64,000 nucleotides of DNA from an uncultured Bacteroidota bacterium (lineage in GTDB: Bacteria > Bacteroidota > Bacteroidia > AKYH767-A > 2013-40CM-41-45): the NCBI GenBank assembly GCA_937871435.1, contig CALMQM010000123.1, forward strand, positions 2,607-66,606, read 5' to 3'. Every line of letters begins with the position of its first letter. The stretch's first letter is position 1. The notes beneath the pieces were generated by a model, which worked only from the letters and a program-made list of their open reading frames with translations, had not been told where the DNA came from and searched no databases. Made by a program: the position numbers and the translations under genes. This document shows, one piece after another, positions 49,705 to 59,795 of the stretch.

Positions 49705-50394
49705 TCAGGAGAAGATTTTTTTAAGATGGACAGATGTTTTGTCTTCTATCATTTTGTGTAGAAGCCCACTCAACACATGGAAAGAAGATTTATCGTAGCT
49801 CATCTGTATTTTTCCATTGTCGAGATGATGAATACAATCACAAACGGACTCAAGGCTTTCGTACACATGAGAAGTAATGATTACTGTTTTGCCGGATTTT
49901 CTTAATTCATCCAAAATCAGTTTCAACACTGTAGTAGATTCAAGATCCAGGCCATTGTATGGTTCATCCAGCAAATAGATCTCTTTATCCATTTTAAAAA
50001 CACCAAGAAGCGCAAGCTTTTTTTTCATGCCGGTAGAATACGTTTCAATCAAATCATCAAGAGGAAGAGAAAAAAGTTTGTTCCAGTTTTCCAGGGAAAA
50101 TGGCCGATTTCCCTGAGGGAAAATGGACAAGTATTCACGACCGGTAATAAGTGGGTAAAAATAATTTTGAGTCTCGAGCAGACCAATCACATTTCTATGA
50201 ATGGAATTATTATTTCTTTGAATTTTTCCCGAAGATGGGTTTACGTAACCATAGAATGCATGTAGCAACGTCGTTTTTCCGGAACCGTTCAGTCCGACCA
50301 GACCATGAATTTTTCCTTCTTCAATGTTCCAGTTTAAGCCGGCCAAGACGTTGTGACTTTCATATCCGACAGAAATTGTATCAAACAGTATCAT
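49705..50394 (-). CDS. ABC-type ATPase with degenerate signature motif
   Basis: Walker A GLNGSGKTTLL, Q-loop, signature-like YSTGMKKKLALL, Walker B LLDEPYNGLD, H-loop SHVYE. Confidence 0.75.
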   Translation of the reverse strand: MILFDTISVGYESHNVLAGLNWNIEEGKIHGLVGLNGSGKTTLLHAFYGYVNPSSGKIQRNNNSIHRNVIGLLETQNYFYPLITGREYLSIFPQGNRPFSLENWNKLFSLPLDDLIETYSTGMKKKLALLGVFKMDKEIYLLDEPYNGLDLESTTVLKLILDELRKSGKTVIITSHVYESLESVCDCIHHLDNGKIQMSYDKSSFHVLSGLLHKMIEDKTSVHLKKIFS

Positions 50395-51346
50395 CGACGT
50401 ATAGTTTCAAATTGTTTTTAGCAACAGAATAATTTCTCACAATAATCATCAGTGGCAATGGGAGCAAAAAGGGAATCAATGTGGACGCAAACAGAATCGC
50501 CACCCAGACAGAGCCCGCGGCCAATTTTTCGTCCGGACGATAAAACGAATATTTTATCAAGATAAAATAAGAGACATTAATAATGAATATCAATGACGCA
50601 AGGAGAACATAAATCCAGTCGTGCGGATGCCGAAACAGATAAATCAATAAACCTGGAATAAAAAACATGGTGCACGCGATGACGTGAGTTTTCAACTTGT
50701 GTTTTAAAAATTGTTGAGGTGAAAGCGATTCGGCATTAATAACCGCAGCAGATTCACCATCTGAATAGAATGAACTGAAAGACATAGAAACCAGCAAAAG
50801 CACAAACAGAGAAACAAGAGTTAATCCGGAGAGTCCGATTGCAAACGCATAAACAATGAAAATGAATGTTCCGTGTTTTCTCAGTCCGCTCCTCCATTCA
50901 AAGAATGACATTGGAACCAATGGAATGAGGAGGCGGGACCCTAAGAATAAATGACCCCGATTTCCAACCGGAAGGAAAAAGAGCAAGATCGTTTCTGTCA
51001 ACCAGATGCACAGGCAAAGCAGGATTAACCACCACCATCCATTCAATGCCAGCAACACCAGAAAAGGCATGGAAAGACAGAAATATTCTCCTAAATAAAT
51101 CCGGAGAGGATGGAACGCGACACTTTTAAGAAACCGATGATCATTTCTTGCGAAGTGAATATACAGAACAAGCAGAATGTAAACGGAAATAGAAATGAGG
51201 GCATAGAAAATATCAGATAGCTTTAAATACAGACCATAAGAAAAATACGCAATCCCCCCTGCGATCAACAGCCAATATACCAGCGGCAAGCCAGATAAGG
51301 ACCGACTAAGCTGAAGCACCCGAATGCGAAGCAGTGTTTTTAGCAA
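50381..51346 (-). CDS. Polytopic membrane protein, hypothetical partner of the ABC ATPase
   Basis: About 8 predicted TMs. 14-nt overlap with the ATPase gene. Confidence 0.5.
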   Translation of the reverse strand: MLKTLLRIRVLQLSRSLSGLPLVYWLLIAGGIAYFSYGLYLKLSDIFYALISISVYILLVLYIHFARNDHRFLKSVAFHPLRIYLGEYFCLSMPFLVLLALNGWWWLILLCLCIWLTETILLFFLPVGNRGHLFLGSRLLIPLVPMSFFEWRSGLRKHGTFIFIVYAFAIGLSGLTLVSLFVLLLVSMSFSSFYSDGESAAVINAESLSPQQFLKHKLKTHVIACTMFFIPGLLIYLFRHPHDWIYVLLASLIFIINVSYFILIKYSFYRPDEKLAAGSVWVAILFASTLIPFLLPLPLMIIVRNYSVAKNNLKLYVDDTV

Positions 51347-51459
51347 TGCGGAAGACCTTTGGTTCGATCGGGAACTACTTTACCCGAAGACGTTGAATAA
51401 AAAGAGAATTTGTAGGCGGCAATGTTAAGAGATTTTACGCGTAAAAAATTGCCAATAAG

Positions 51460-51488
51460 AAAAAAACCATCACCGAGGGATGATGGTT
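51460..51488 (-). terminator. Rho-independent terminator
   Basis: Stem aaccatca/tgatggtt with an 8-nt loop. On the minus strand it is followed by TTTTTTT. Confidence 0.6.
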
Positions 51489-51506
51489 GGAAACTAAACA
51501 GGCGTA

Positions 51507-51962
51507 TCAGTTCCTGACTTGAAACAGAGTCAGGGGATCATCAAAAGTGAAAGCAAGTGAGTCAGAAACGGAAGAGGGGATAAAGTGGTTAGAGTTAGCG
51601 GTATGTTTATACCATCTTTTTTCATCCATCGCATACAGAAAGAATTCTCGCAAACGAAAACGATCCATTAATTGACAAACACGGCGATTCAATGAATCCA
51701 CATCCGCGCTATTACAAATTTCGATCGCCATTAATGGCTGCAATCCGTTTTCTTTTTGGTAAACCACCACATCCGGTTCTTCTGATGAGGAATTAAAAAC
51801 ATCGAGTCCGCCTTCATAAACAGCCTCATATTTGTTTCTGTCGAGAAGTCTCGATAAATAATGTGTAAGCTGCCGGGAAAGAAATTTTTTCGTTGTTCCG
51901 GAAGATGTGAGCCAGGTGTGTTCCATGAGAATCATGAGTTTAGTTTTTTTTATTTGATCCAT
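51507..51962 (-). CDS. Hypothetical protein, possibly a Uma2/DUF820-like PD-(D/E)xK fold
   Basis: EPDVVVY…AIEICNS… loosely resembles the Uma2 core. Weak. Confidence 0.35.
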   Translation of the reverse strand: MDQIKKTKLMILMEHTWLTSSGTTKKFLSRQLTHYLSRLLDRNKYEAVYEGGLDVFNSSSEEPDVVVYQKENGLQPLMAIEICNSADVDSLNRRVCQLMDRFRLREFFLYAMDEKRWYKHTANSNHFIPSSVSDSLAFTFDDPLTLFQVRN

Positions 51963-52327
51963 TTAAAGACAACACTAACGCAGAAATAAACCGAGAACCA
52001 AAGCAACAGATACGTTCGATATACCAGTTTAAGGGTAAAGTTTTTTACACGATGTAAAAAGGTGTTGCGGTTTCCTATGGGTTTTTGGGGCTTCTCTTGT
52101 TCGGGATCGGCCTGAAGAAAACGAACAGCATCTTTATACGTGCCTTTGTTTTGATACACAGAATTCAATGAATCTTTTTGCCGAAAAAGCAGACGATTCT
52201 CGGAAGAGAAGAAATCGAATGGGTTATTCAGTACAATCATATAATGTAATTTGACGGTAAAAATACTGTGCGAAGATTCTCGCAGAATTAAGGGATTGCT
52301 AAATCCATGTAAACAAAAACGCAACAC
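51950..52327 (-). CDS. Hypothetical protein
   Basis: 125-aa ORF overlapping the downstream gene by 13 nt. No recognisable motif. Confidence 0.3.
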   Translation of the reverse strand: MLRFCLHGFSNPLILRESSHSIFTVKLHYMIVLNNPFDFFSSENRLLFRQKDSLNSVYQNKGTYKDAVRFLQADPEQEKPQKPIGNRNTFLHRVKNFTLKLVYRTYLLLWFSVYFCVSVVFKWIK

Positions 52328-52377
52328 CGGAAAAATGAATTTACTATTGACGTTGGAGACAGTTATCTTTACAGTCT

Positions 52378-52878
52378 ATGAAAACATTGTATTTGGTCAG
52401 ACACGCGAAATCAAGCTGGTCGTTGAATGAGTTGCCGGATATAGATCGACCGCTGAACGATCGCGGATATGGCGATGCGCATTTAATGAGCAAAACGCTT
52501 CTTCATAAAATTCAGGTTCCAGATCTGATGATTAGCAGTTCCGCGATTCGGGCCACATCTACCGCTTTGATTTTTGCGCGAACTTTTGGGTATCCCGTAG
52601 AAAAATTGCAGTTAGAATCTCAATTGTATGAAACCAAAGTAGCGGATTACCTGGAAGTGCTTTCGAGGGTGCCCGATGGAGTTCAAAATCTGATGGTTTT
52701 TGCACACAATTTTACCATCAGCGAAATCGTTCCTTATTTTTTAGTAGAGACTATTGAGGAGATGTCCACTTGCGCGGTGATGGGTATGGATTTGGAAATA
52801 GATCATTGGGGCGATATCAAAACAGCCCGGGGAAACAGAGCACTTTATTTATTTCCCAAAATGTTGAAGGAGATGTAA
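52378..52878 (+). CDS. Histidine phosphatase family protein (SixA-like)
   Basis: N-terminal LYLVRHAKS (RHG-type motif). 166 aa. Confidence 0.75.
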   Translation: MKTLYLVRHAKSSWSLNELPDIDRPLNDRGYGDAHLMSKTLLHKIQVPDLMISSSAIRATSTALIFARTFGYPVEKLQLESQLYETKVADYLEVLSRVPDGVQNLMVFAHNFTISEIVPYFLVETIEEMSTCAVMGMDLEIDHWGDIKTARGNRALYLFPKMLKEM

Positions 52879-53038
52879 ACAGCTGGTTAAGTTACTGTTA
52901 AGCTTTGGGAAAAGGGCAAATTTTCAGAAAGAATTTGAGAATTTGACGCAGAAAAGGGAATTCAGCCGCATGTTCGATCACGAAATTCAAGAACATTGAT
53001 CATTTGATATCCACACAACCACTGTTAACTTTATAGGT

Positions 53039-53287
53039 ATGAACAAAGAGGAAAGAAAAAAACTCGAATCAACATTGCATTCGGTCATCGAAGGAACGTT
53101 GAATAATTTGAACGAGAAAACGACAAAAAAAATTCGTAAATTTCTTAAGGGGCATAGCAAGGAAATTTCGAAAAAGTTTTACAAAGTTTTTTCGAGAGAG
53201 AAGAAAAAAATAGAGGCGAAGAAAAAGGCAGTCGCAAAGAAGAAAAAGACTCCGAAGAAAAAAGCGCCGGTCACGAAGAAAAAGTAA
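53039..53287 (+). CDS. Histone H1-like, Lys-rich small basic protein
   Basis: C-terminal KKKAVAKKKKTPKKKAPVTKKK tail. Confidence 0.5.
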   Translation: MNKEERKKLESTLHSVIEGTLNNLNEKTTKKIRKFLKGHSKEISKKFYKVFSREKKKIEAKKKAVAKKKKTPKKKAPVTKKK

Positions 53288-53299
53288 AGAGGATGATTT

Positions 53300-55462
53300 A
53301 TGGGACGCAAACAGGTAGAGTTGGTCGACCGCGATTTAAGTTGGTTGTCATTTAATGCAAGAGTATTACAGGAAGCAGAAGACATATCTGTTCCTCTTTT
53401 AGAAAGACTGAGGTTTCTTGGAATATTCTCCAGTAACAGCGATGAATTTTTCAGAGTGCGCGTAGCCACAATTCGCCGGATGTCAAAATGGGGAAAGAAG
53501 GGAAAAGATCTGCTCGGCACCGATCCCGAAGAGTTGCTTGAAAAGATTCAAAAAACCGTTCTTCTACACCAGAAGAAATTCGAAAAAATATATGCCGAAA
53601 TTCTTCTTGAACTGGAGAAGGAAAATATCAGCATCATCAATGAAAAGCAACTGACGAAAGAGCAAGGAGTATTTGTCAGAAATTATTTTCATGAACATGT
53701 CTATCAGTTTTTGGTGCCAATCATGATAGACTCGTCTCCGAAGTTTCCATACCTGAAAGACAAGTCCATTTATCTGGCAATTGTTCTTAGTCGTCTGGAT
53801 AAATCGAAAAAGGATAAATATTCGCTGATAGAAATCCCGTCAGACGTTGTTTCGAGATTTCTTGTATTGCCATCTGTGAATGAAAAAAGACACATTATCT
53901 TACTGGATGATGTTATCCGCTTTTGTCTGAATGATATATTTTCCATTTTCGATTATGATGCGATTGAGGCCTACACTATTAAACTAACGCGAGATGCGGA
54001 GCTGGACATAGATAGCGACGTTTCGAAAAGTTATGTGGAAAAGATTTCGAAGAGTGTCAAGCAAAGAAAGAAAGGAGACCCCGTCAGGCTCGCTTACGAC
54101 GAAAACATTCCTGTTGATCTGCTGGCGTTCATTCTCAGAAAAATAAAATTGTTCAACGAAGAACATCTGATCCCCGGCGGCAGATATCACAATTTCAAAG
54201 ATTTTATTTCCTTCCCAAATGTGGGCCGAAAGGAACTTCGTTATGCAAAAATCAAATCCATTGACCATCCGGATTTGAAGGGTCAGCGCAGTTTGTTCAA
54301 GGCGATTAAAAACACTGATGTACTGCTTGCATATCCGTATCATTCATTTCATCACATCATTGATTTACTGAGGGAAGCGTCCATTGATCCCAAGGTTACA
54401 TCTATCCGACTTACGCTTTATCGTGCGGCAAACAACAGCAGTTTTGTGAACACGCTGATCAATGCGATAAAAAACGGGAAGCAGGTTACGGCAGTTGTAG
54501 AATTGCAGGCGCGATTCGATGAGGAGACAAATATTTTTTATGCAAATAAGCTACAGGAAGAAGGAGCGGAGGTTATTTTTGGCGTTCCCGGACTAAAGGT
54601 CCACAGCAAACTGATTTTAATTTCCAGAAAAGAAGGCGGCAAGACGGTGAATTATGCTCACGTTGGAACAGGAAATTTCAACGAACAAACAGCAAAAGTT
54701 TACAGTGATCACGCATTGCTTACGAGCAACAAACAGATCACCGCGGAGATCGAACGATTATTTTCTTTTTATAAAGACAATTACAAAACCGGACACTATA
54801 AACACCTGATAGTTTCTCCTTTCAATACAAGAAAAAAATTCTGCTCGATGATTGAGGAAGAAATGGAGAATGCCAAAGCGGGCAGGGAAGCAAAGATTAC
54901 ACTGAAGATGAACAGTCTCGTTGACCGGGAAATGATTTCTTTGTTGTACGAAGCAAGTTGTGCGGGAGTTAAGATCAAAATGATCGTAAGAGGAATATGC
55001 TCTCTCATTCCCGGGGTAAAAGGGATGAGCGAAAACATCGAAGTGATCAGCATCGTGGATAAATTTTTAGAACACAGCCGTATTTTTATTTTTCATAATG
55101 GCGGCAAGGAAAAGTTTTACATCGCTTCAGGAGACTGGATGTATAGAAATCTTGATCATCGCTCCGAGGTAGCTGTACCAATTGTAGACCACCGTTTACA
55201 AGAGGAGTTACGGCAGTACATTGCGATTCAGTTTCAGGATAATTGCAAAGCGCGGGTTGTCAACAAGGCCCAGGATAATCACTATGTTGTAAGAGAGAAC
55301 GGAAAAAAAGTTCGGGCACAAGTTGAGCTTTTTACGTGGCTGCAATCAAAAGCAAAAAAGAAGGAAGGCGAACCAGCACAAACCGCAGTCATTGTTAAGA
55401 CCCAATTGCTTGCTTCTTCAGGCAACGAGTTTGTGGTTGATCCGGGTTTGTTAAAAGAGTAA
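53300..55462 (+). CDS. ppk: Polyphosphate kinase 1
   Basis: 720 aa. Canonical PPK1 N-terminus (…LSWLSFNARVLQEAED…) and C-terminal PLD-like domains. Confidence 0.9.
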   Translation: MGRKQVELVDRDLSWLSFNARVLQEAEDISVPLLERLRFLGIFSSNSDEFFRVRVATIRRMSKWGKKGKDLLGTDPEELLEKIQKTVLLHQKKFEKIYAEILLELEKENISIINEKQLTKEQGVFVRNYFHEHVYQFLVPIMIDSSPKFPYLKDKSIYLAIVLSRLDKSKKDKYSLIEIPSDVVSRFLVLPSVNEKRHIILLDDVIRFCLNDIFSIFDYDAIEAYTIKLTRDAELDIDSDVSKSYVEKISKSVKQRKKGDPVRLAYDENIPVDLLAFILRKIKLFNEEHLIPGGRYHNFKDFISFPNVGRKELRYAKIKSIDHPDLKGQRSLFKAIKNTDVLLAYPYHSFHHIIDLLREASIDPKVTSIRLTLYRAANNSSFVNTLINAIKNGKQVTAVVELQARFDEETNIFYANKLQEEGAEVIFGVPGLKVHSKLILISRKEGGKTVNYAHVGTGNFNEQTAKVYSDHALLTSNKQITAEIERLFSFYKDNYKTGHYKHLIVSPFNTRKKFCSMIEEEMENAKAGREAKITLKMNSLVDREMISLLYEASCAGVKIKMIVRGICSLIPGVKGMSENIEVISIVDKFLEHSRIFIFHNGGKEKFYIASGDWMYRNLDHRSEVAVPIVDHRLQEELRQYIAIQFQDNCKARVVNKAQDNHYVVRENGKKVRAQVELFTWLQSKAKKKEGEPAQTAVIVKTQLLASSGNEFVVDPGLLKE

Positions 55463-56083
55463 GGGAATAAAAGTCTTCCTTTTTATTTTTTAGAAAATCC
55501 AAAACAGCACCCTGAAAGTAGAGAGAGCTTTTGCATCTGCATAAGATTTCAAATTCCCGATAGAATCACGTTTTTCATTAAATCATTCAGGTTTTAACAT
55601 GGCGCATAGTAATAGTACTGGCTTAATTGACGATTTCATTAATTATCCAGGGAGGGGGTAGAAAAACCGGAAGAGGGGGCAGACGCGGAATTATTTTTAT
55701 TTAATGAGAGAAATGTATTTATTTTTTGAAATGAAATTATAATTTTGGTTTTGGAATAGAATGAGAAAAATTATTTTTTACTGTTTAATTGATTAGAGTG
55801 CCTGTTATAAATAATTATCTGGTTTAAATTTTTGCGACCCGATACCAGAATAATTATTCAAGTAAATCAATATACTTTCTGTTTTATACTATTTTATTTT
55901 ATAAACATACAGAAAGAGTAATAGCGGGAAGTCACATCGGTATGATAAAGCATCAACACAAAAACCGGATTGTGAATTAAGGAGAGCGAGTTCAGACCTG
56001 CATGCGAATGAAATCATTAAGTGATTTCGCAATTAAAATTTTTTTTGAAAATATTTCTTCAGTCAATATAAAAATGTTGTCCT
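55463..56083. promoter_or_regulatory. 620-bp extremely AT-rich non-coding spacer upstream of a low-GC operon
   Basis: No ORF. Poly-A/T tracts. GC content falls sharply compared with the flanking ppk gene. Confidence 0.5.
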
Positions 56084-57100
56084 ATGAACCTGCCTGTTGT
56101 CGTTGACGTGGCCATCTCCATGGTTTTTGTGTATCTCTTATTCAGCATTCTTGTTTCTGCAATCAGTGAGTTGTTGCAACACTGGACAAGAGAGCGTGGG
56201 TATTTTTTGTACGATTCTTTGTACAAAATATTTGCTGACCGCCACAATTTGAATTATGCACTTTTATTGTATGGACACCCTATCATTGATTCAAAAAAGC
56301 AAGGAGGGAAAAAATATCCGTCATACATTCAATCGAAAGCTTTCGCAGAAGCATTAATTGATCTGATTGCACAGCCTGCTCTTGCCGGAGCGATACAACA
56401 ACAAAACGGACAGCTTTTTATAGCTCAACTTGCAAATGCTGATATCAGGAAACCAACAAATGTCCACGCCGATTTTCTGGAGGCGGTGAAAGGAATGAAC
56501 AATTCCAATTTACGCATTCTTCTGGCGAGTCTTGCAGCACAATCTGAGTCTTATGAAAAGTTAAAGGAGAATATCATTCTGTGGTATGATGATTATATGG
56601 ATACGGTTTCAGGATGGTATAAGCGGAAGATTATTCGCAGAACACAATACATCGGTTTGTTGGTGGCATTTATTTTTCATGTTGACACAATTTTTCTCGT
56701 GGATAAATTCTGGTCGAATGAAATTCTGCGTTCTTCTGTAGTTCTCGCTGCGGAAAAAGAAGTTTCGAATCCAGAGTTAATGAGAGAGTATTCTGTACTC
56801 AGAGATTCAGCAATCGATAAGGAGAATAACGCTTTCAAAAACATAAATGAAATAAAAAAAATATCTGAACAACTGGCGCTGCCTATCGGAATGAAACAAT
56901 ATGAAATACGATTAGCAAACAAGAGTACATGTAATAAGCTGCTAGAACTATTTCTAATAATGATAGGTTGTACACTCACAGGATTCGCACTTGCCTATGG
57001 AGCAGATTATTGGTTCAATATACTTGGTAAATTAATCAATGTCCGATCGGCCGTAAAACCACCATCCGGAGATCCGTCAAAAAAGGAGGATAAAAAATGA
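56084..57100 (+). CDS. Hypothetical 3-TM membrane protein
   Basis: N-terminal, central and C-terminal TM helices. Stop overlaps the next start (ATGA), suggesting translational coupling. Confidence 0.6.
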   Translation: MNLPVVVDVAISMVFVYLLFSILVSAISELLQHWTRERGYFLYDSLYKIFADRHNLNYALLLYGHPIIDSKKQGGKKYPSYIQSKAFAEALIDLIAQPALAGAIQQQNGQLFIAQLANADIRKPTNVHADFLEAVKGMNNSNLRILLASLAAQSESYEKLKENIILWYDDYMDTVSGWYKRKIIRRTQYIGLLVAFIFHVDTIFLVDKFWSNEILRSSVVLAAEKEVSNPELMREYSVLRDSAIDKENNAFKNINEIKKISEQLALPIGMKQYEIRLANKSTCNKLLELFLIMIGCTLTGFALAYGADYWFNILGKLINVRSAVKPPSGDPSKKEDKK

Positions 57101-58227
57101 ACTTATACAATTGCCACACTCATATTTTTTCAACACAATATGTTCCGGACAATGTTGTAGGACAACAGGATCATCTTGGAGGTTTGACTAAATTTTTAAG
57201 CATACGCAAAATTTCACGATGGAATCCAGCGGTGTTGAATATCGCAGGAAAACTATTTGGAGGCTGGCCGGGAGCAAACAGAGTTATCACATTTGCAAAA
57301 ATTGGACTTGCGGCCACGCAGGAGAAAATATTTGATCAACTGGTTGACTATTACACTCCCTGGGGAGATGTGCGTTTTGTTGTTCTCACGATGGACATGG
57401 AAATGATGCAGGGCGGACCGGTGCCGAGTAATTTGCTCACACAACTTGATGAAATCATCCGATTGCGAAGTAAAGGGAATAACGCGGACAGGATTTTACC
57501 TTTTATCTGTATTGACCCGAGAAATCCCCGTTATCTGAATGGCGATTCCATTGTTGATTTTGTGAAACCTTATTTCGAGAAATATGGATTCATCGGAATT
57601 AAGTTGTATCCGGCACTCGGATATTTTCCACAGGACGCGAAAATGTTTCCATTGTATCGGTGGTGTGCCAACAATTGTGTACCGATTATCACACACTGTA
57701 TTACCGGCGTGATTCATTATCGTGGAGATGTTTCCGCGCTACCTCCTGTAAATAATCCCGGCAATGTTCCTTATGTCGCGGATAACAACAGCAGTGATCC
57801 GAAAATTTATCAGAGAAACTTTACTCAGCCCAGAAACTACTCAGCCATTTTGAGCGAGATCCCCAATCTGAAAATATGCCTCGCGCACTATGGTGATGAC
57901 AAAGAGTTGATAGCAGGAAAAGGCTGGCCACAAGAAATCAACGCTTTGATTCAAAAGTATCCGAATGTTTATACGGATATGTCTTACATTATCGAAAACA
58001 CGGGGACTTTTCCGGCAATTCAAAAATCGCTTTCAACACCGGTGTTGGAAGATCGTGTATTATTTGGAACAGACTATTATGTGGTGAGTAAAGCAAAACT
58101 GGAAAATGAACTTGCAAACGATTTTCGCAGCTACATGATCCAGCAGAATTTACATACGCTGTTTTTGAAATCTGCCACAACAAATGCACAGAAATTTTTG
58201 AGCTCAAAATTTTATACGGCACCATAA
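57097..58227 (+). CDS. Amidohydrolase-2-like (TIM-barrel) metal-dependent hydrolase, cytoplasmic
   Basis: N-terminal CHTHIF (HxH), later ITHCI, LAHYG and FGTDYY Asp. No signal peptide. Confidence 0.65.
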   Translation: MNLYNCHTHIFSTQYVPDNVVGQQDHLGGLTKFLSIRKISRWNPAVLNIAGKLFGGWPGANRVITFAKIGLAATQEKIFDQLVDYYTPWGDVRFVVLTMDMEMMQGGPVPSNLLTQLDEIIRLRSKGNNADRILPFICIDPRNPRYLNGDSIVDFVKPYFEKYGFIGIKLYPALGYFPQDAKMFPLYRWCANNCVPIITHCITGVIHYRGDVSALPPVNNPGNVPYVADNNSSDPKIYQRNFTQPRNYSAILSEIPNLKICLAHYGDDKELIAGKGWPQEINALIQKYPNVYTDMSYIIENTGTFPAIQKSLSTPVLEDRVLFGTDYYVVSKAKLENELANDFRSYMIQQNLHTLFLKSATTNAQKFLSSKFYTAP

Positions 58228-58249
58228 ATCGATTATTAAAACCTGAGAC

Positions 58250-59779
58250 ATGTTTGCAGACCTTCATGTACATCCCGGATTAAAACCGTTTCATAGTGGC
58301 CACCCACTTCCGGACGCGAATAAAAATATATATGCTGATCTCGACAATCCGGGAGTAAAAGATTTTTTGCGATGGCTTGCAAATGTTGCTCATATGGGGG
58401 TGATTTTTTATTCTCAATCAAATCTTGAACGGATGCGATTTGGAAAAGTGCGTGTGGCGTGCGTTTCGCTCTATCCACTCGAAAAAGGTTTTGCAAAAGT
58501 GGATTTGCAAGAAGCTCCATTTTTACAAAGAGAGATTTTGCGTTTGTTTGGGTATGATGATATTCATTTGGTAGAAGCGGTTGCAGGAGTGCAAAAAGAC
58601 AAGGTAGCATTTATCAGAAATACAGAAGACGATTATTTCCCTTTTCTGGAGCAGGAGTATCAATACATGCTTGCTCAGACAAAAACACCGGAAGCGAACA
58701 CCAAAGCGAAATTTGTAAGAGATTTTACAGAATTAAAAACGGTGCTGGCCGAACCGGATACAATCGCATTGATCAATACGATTGAAGGAGCCCATGTGTT
58801 TGGAGCCTACTCTCAAGATGATTCTGTGATTACACCTGAACGGTTAAAAACGTATTCAGAGCGAATAGCACATGTGAAAAATGTCTGGGAATTCCCGCCA
58901 TTCTTTATTTCTCTTCAACATCATTTTTGGAATCACCTCGGAGGACATGCCAGAAGTCTTTCCGGATTACTCAGTGATGTCGTGAATCAAAATGATCACA
59001 TGAATGAAGGGTTGAATGAATTGGGAAAACATGTGATTCGGGAATTGCTGAGTAATCAGAATGGAAAAAGAATTCTGGTTGATATCAAACATATGTCGGC
59101 CCGCTCGAGGAAAGACTTCTACGGAATGTTGAAGACAGAATTTTCCGGAGAGAAAATTCCGATTATCTGCAGTCATACCGGAATTATGGATCAACGGGAA
59201 ACGTTGAACAGAATCATTGCGGAACCTCAGGATACAGAAGAAGCTAACGCGAATAATTATCTGCACAATTGGTCCATTAATCTGTGCAAGGAGGATATAT
59301 TGAATATCTATAGGAGCGGAGGCTTGATTGGAATTCAACTGGATGAGAAGAGACTGGGAGGAGGATTGGCGCAAACGAAACTTACTCTTGCAAAAAAGAA
59401 GCAGCCGCAACCGTCGAATGACCCGGAAAGACCATGGTTGGTCCGGGAAGAATACATGAAACTTCTGTGGGGCAATATTTTTACCCTCGTACGCTATATC
59501 AGGCAACCTGATGCCTGGGATATCATCACAATTGGTTCTGATATGGACGGACTGATTAATCCTATGGACATTTATCCTGACAGCACATACATGGATGAAC
59601 TTGCAGAGGACATGCGTGATTTTCTGCTCAGTAAAACGCCTATTCCTGAATTGAATTTAAGACCGGAATTTATCAAGAATTATATGTATGGCTACACACC
59701 GGAGGAATTGGTAAATAAAATTATGTTTTCAAATATGGAAGATTTTCTGGAAAAGAATTTTCAGGACCATTTAGCCTAA
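58250..59779 (+). CDS. Amidohydrolase-superfamily metal-dependent hydrolase, cytoplasmic
   Basis: DLHVHPG (HxH), IEGAHVFG, QHHFWNH, DIKHM, CSHTG and IGSDMDG. The pattern matches metal ligands of a binuclear TIM-barrel hydrolase. Confidence 0.6.
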   Translation: MFADLHVHPGLKPFHSGHPLPDANKNIYADLDNPGVKDFLRWLANVAHMGVIFYSQSNLERMRFGKVRVACVSLYPLEKGFAKVDLQEAPFLQREILRLFGYDDIHLVEAVAGVQKDKVAFIRNTEDDYFPFLEQEYQYMLAQTKTPEANTKAKFVRDFTELKTVLAEPDTIALINTIEGAHVFGAYSQDDSVITPERLKTYSERIAHVKNVWEFPPFFISLQHHFWNHLGGHARSLSGLLSDVVNQNDHMNEGLNELGKHVIRELLSNQNGKRILVDIKHMSARSRKDFYGMLKTEFSGEKIPIICSHTGIMDQRETLNRIIAEPQDTEEANANNYLHNWSINLCKEDILNIYRSGGLIGIQLDEKRLGGGLAQTKLTLAKKKQPQPSNDPERPWLVREEYMKLLWGNIFTLVRYIRQPDAWDIITIGSDMDGLINPMDIYPDSTYMDELAEDMRDFLLSKTPIPELNLRPEFIKNYMYGYTPEELVNKIMFSNMEDFLEKNFQDHLA

Positions 59780-59795
59780 ATTAAAGAATGAGCGT

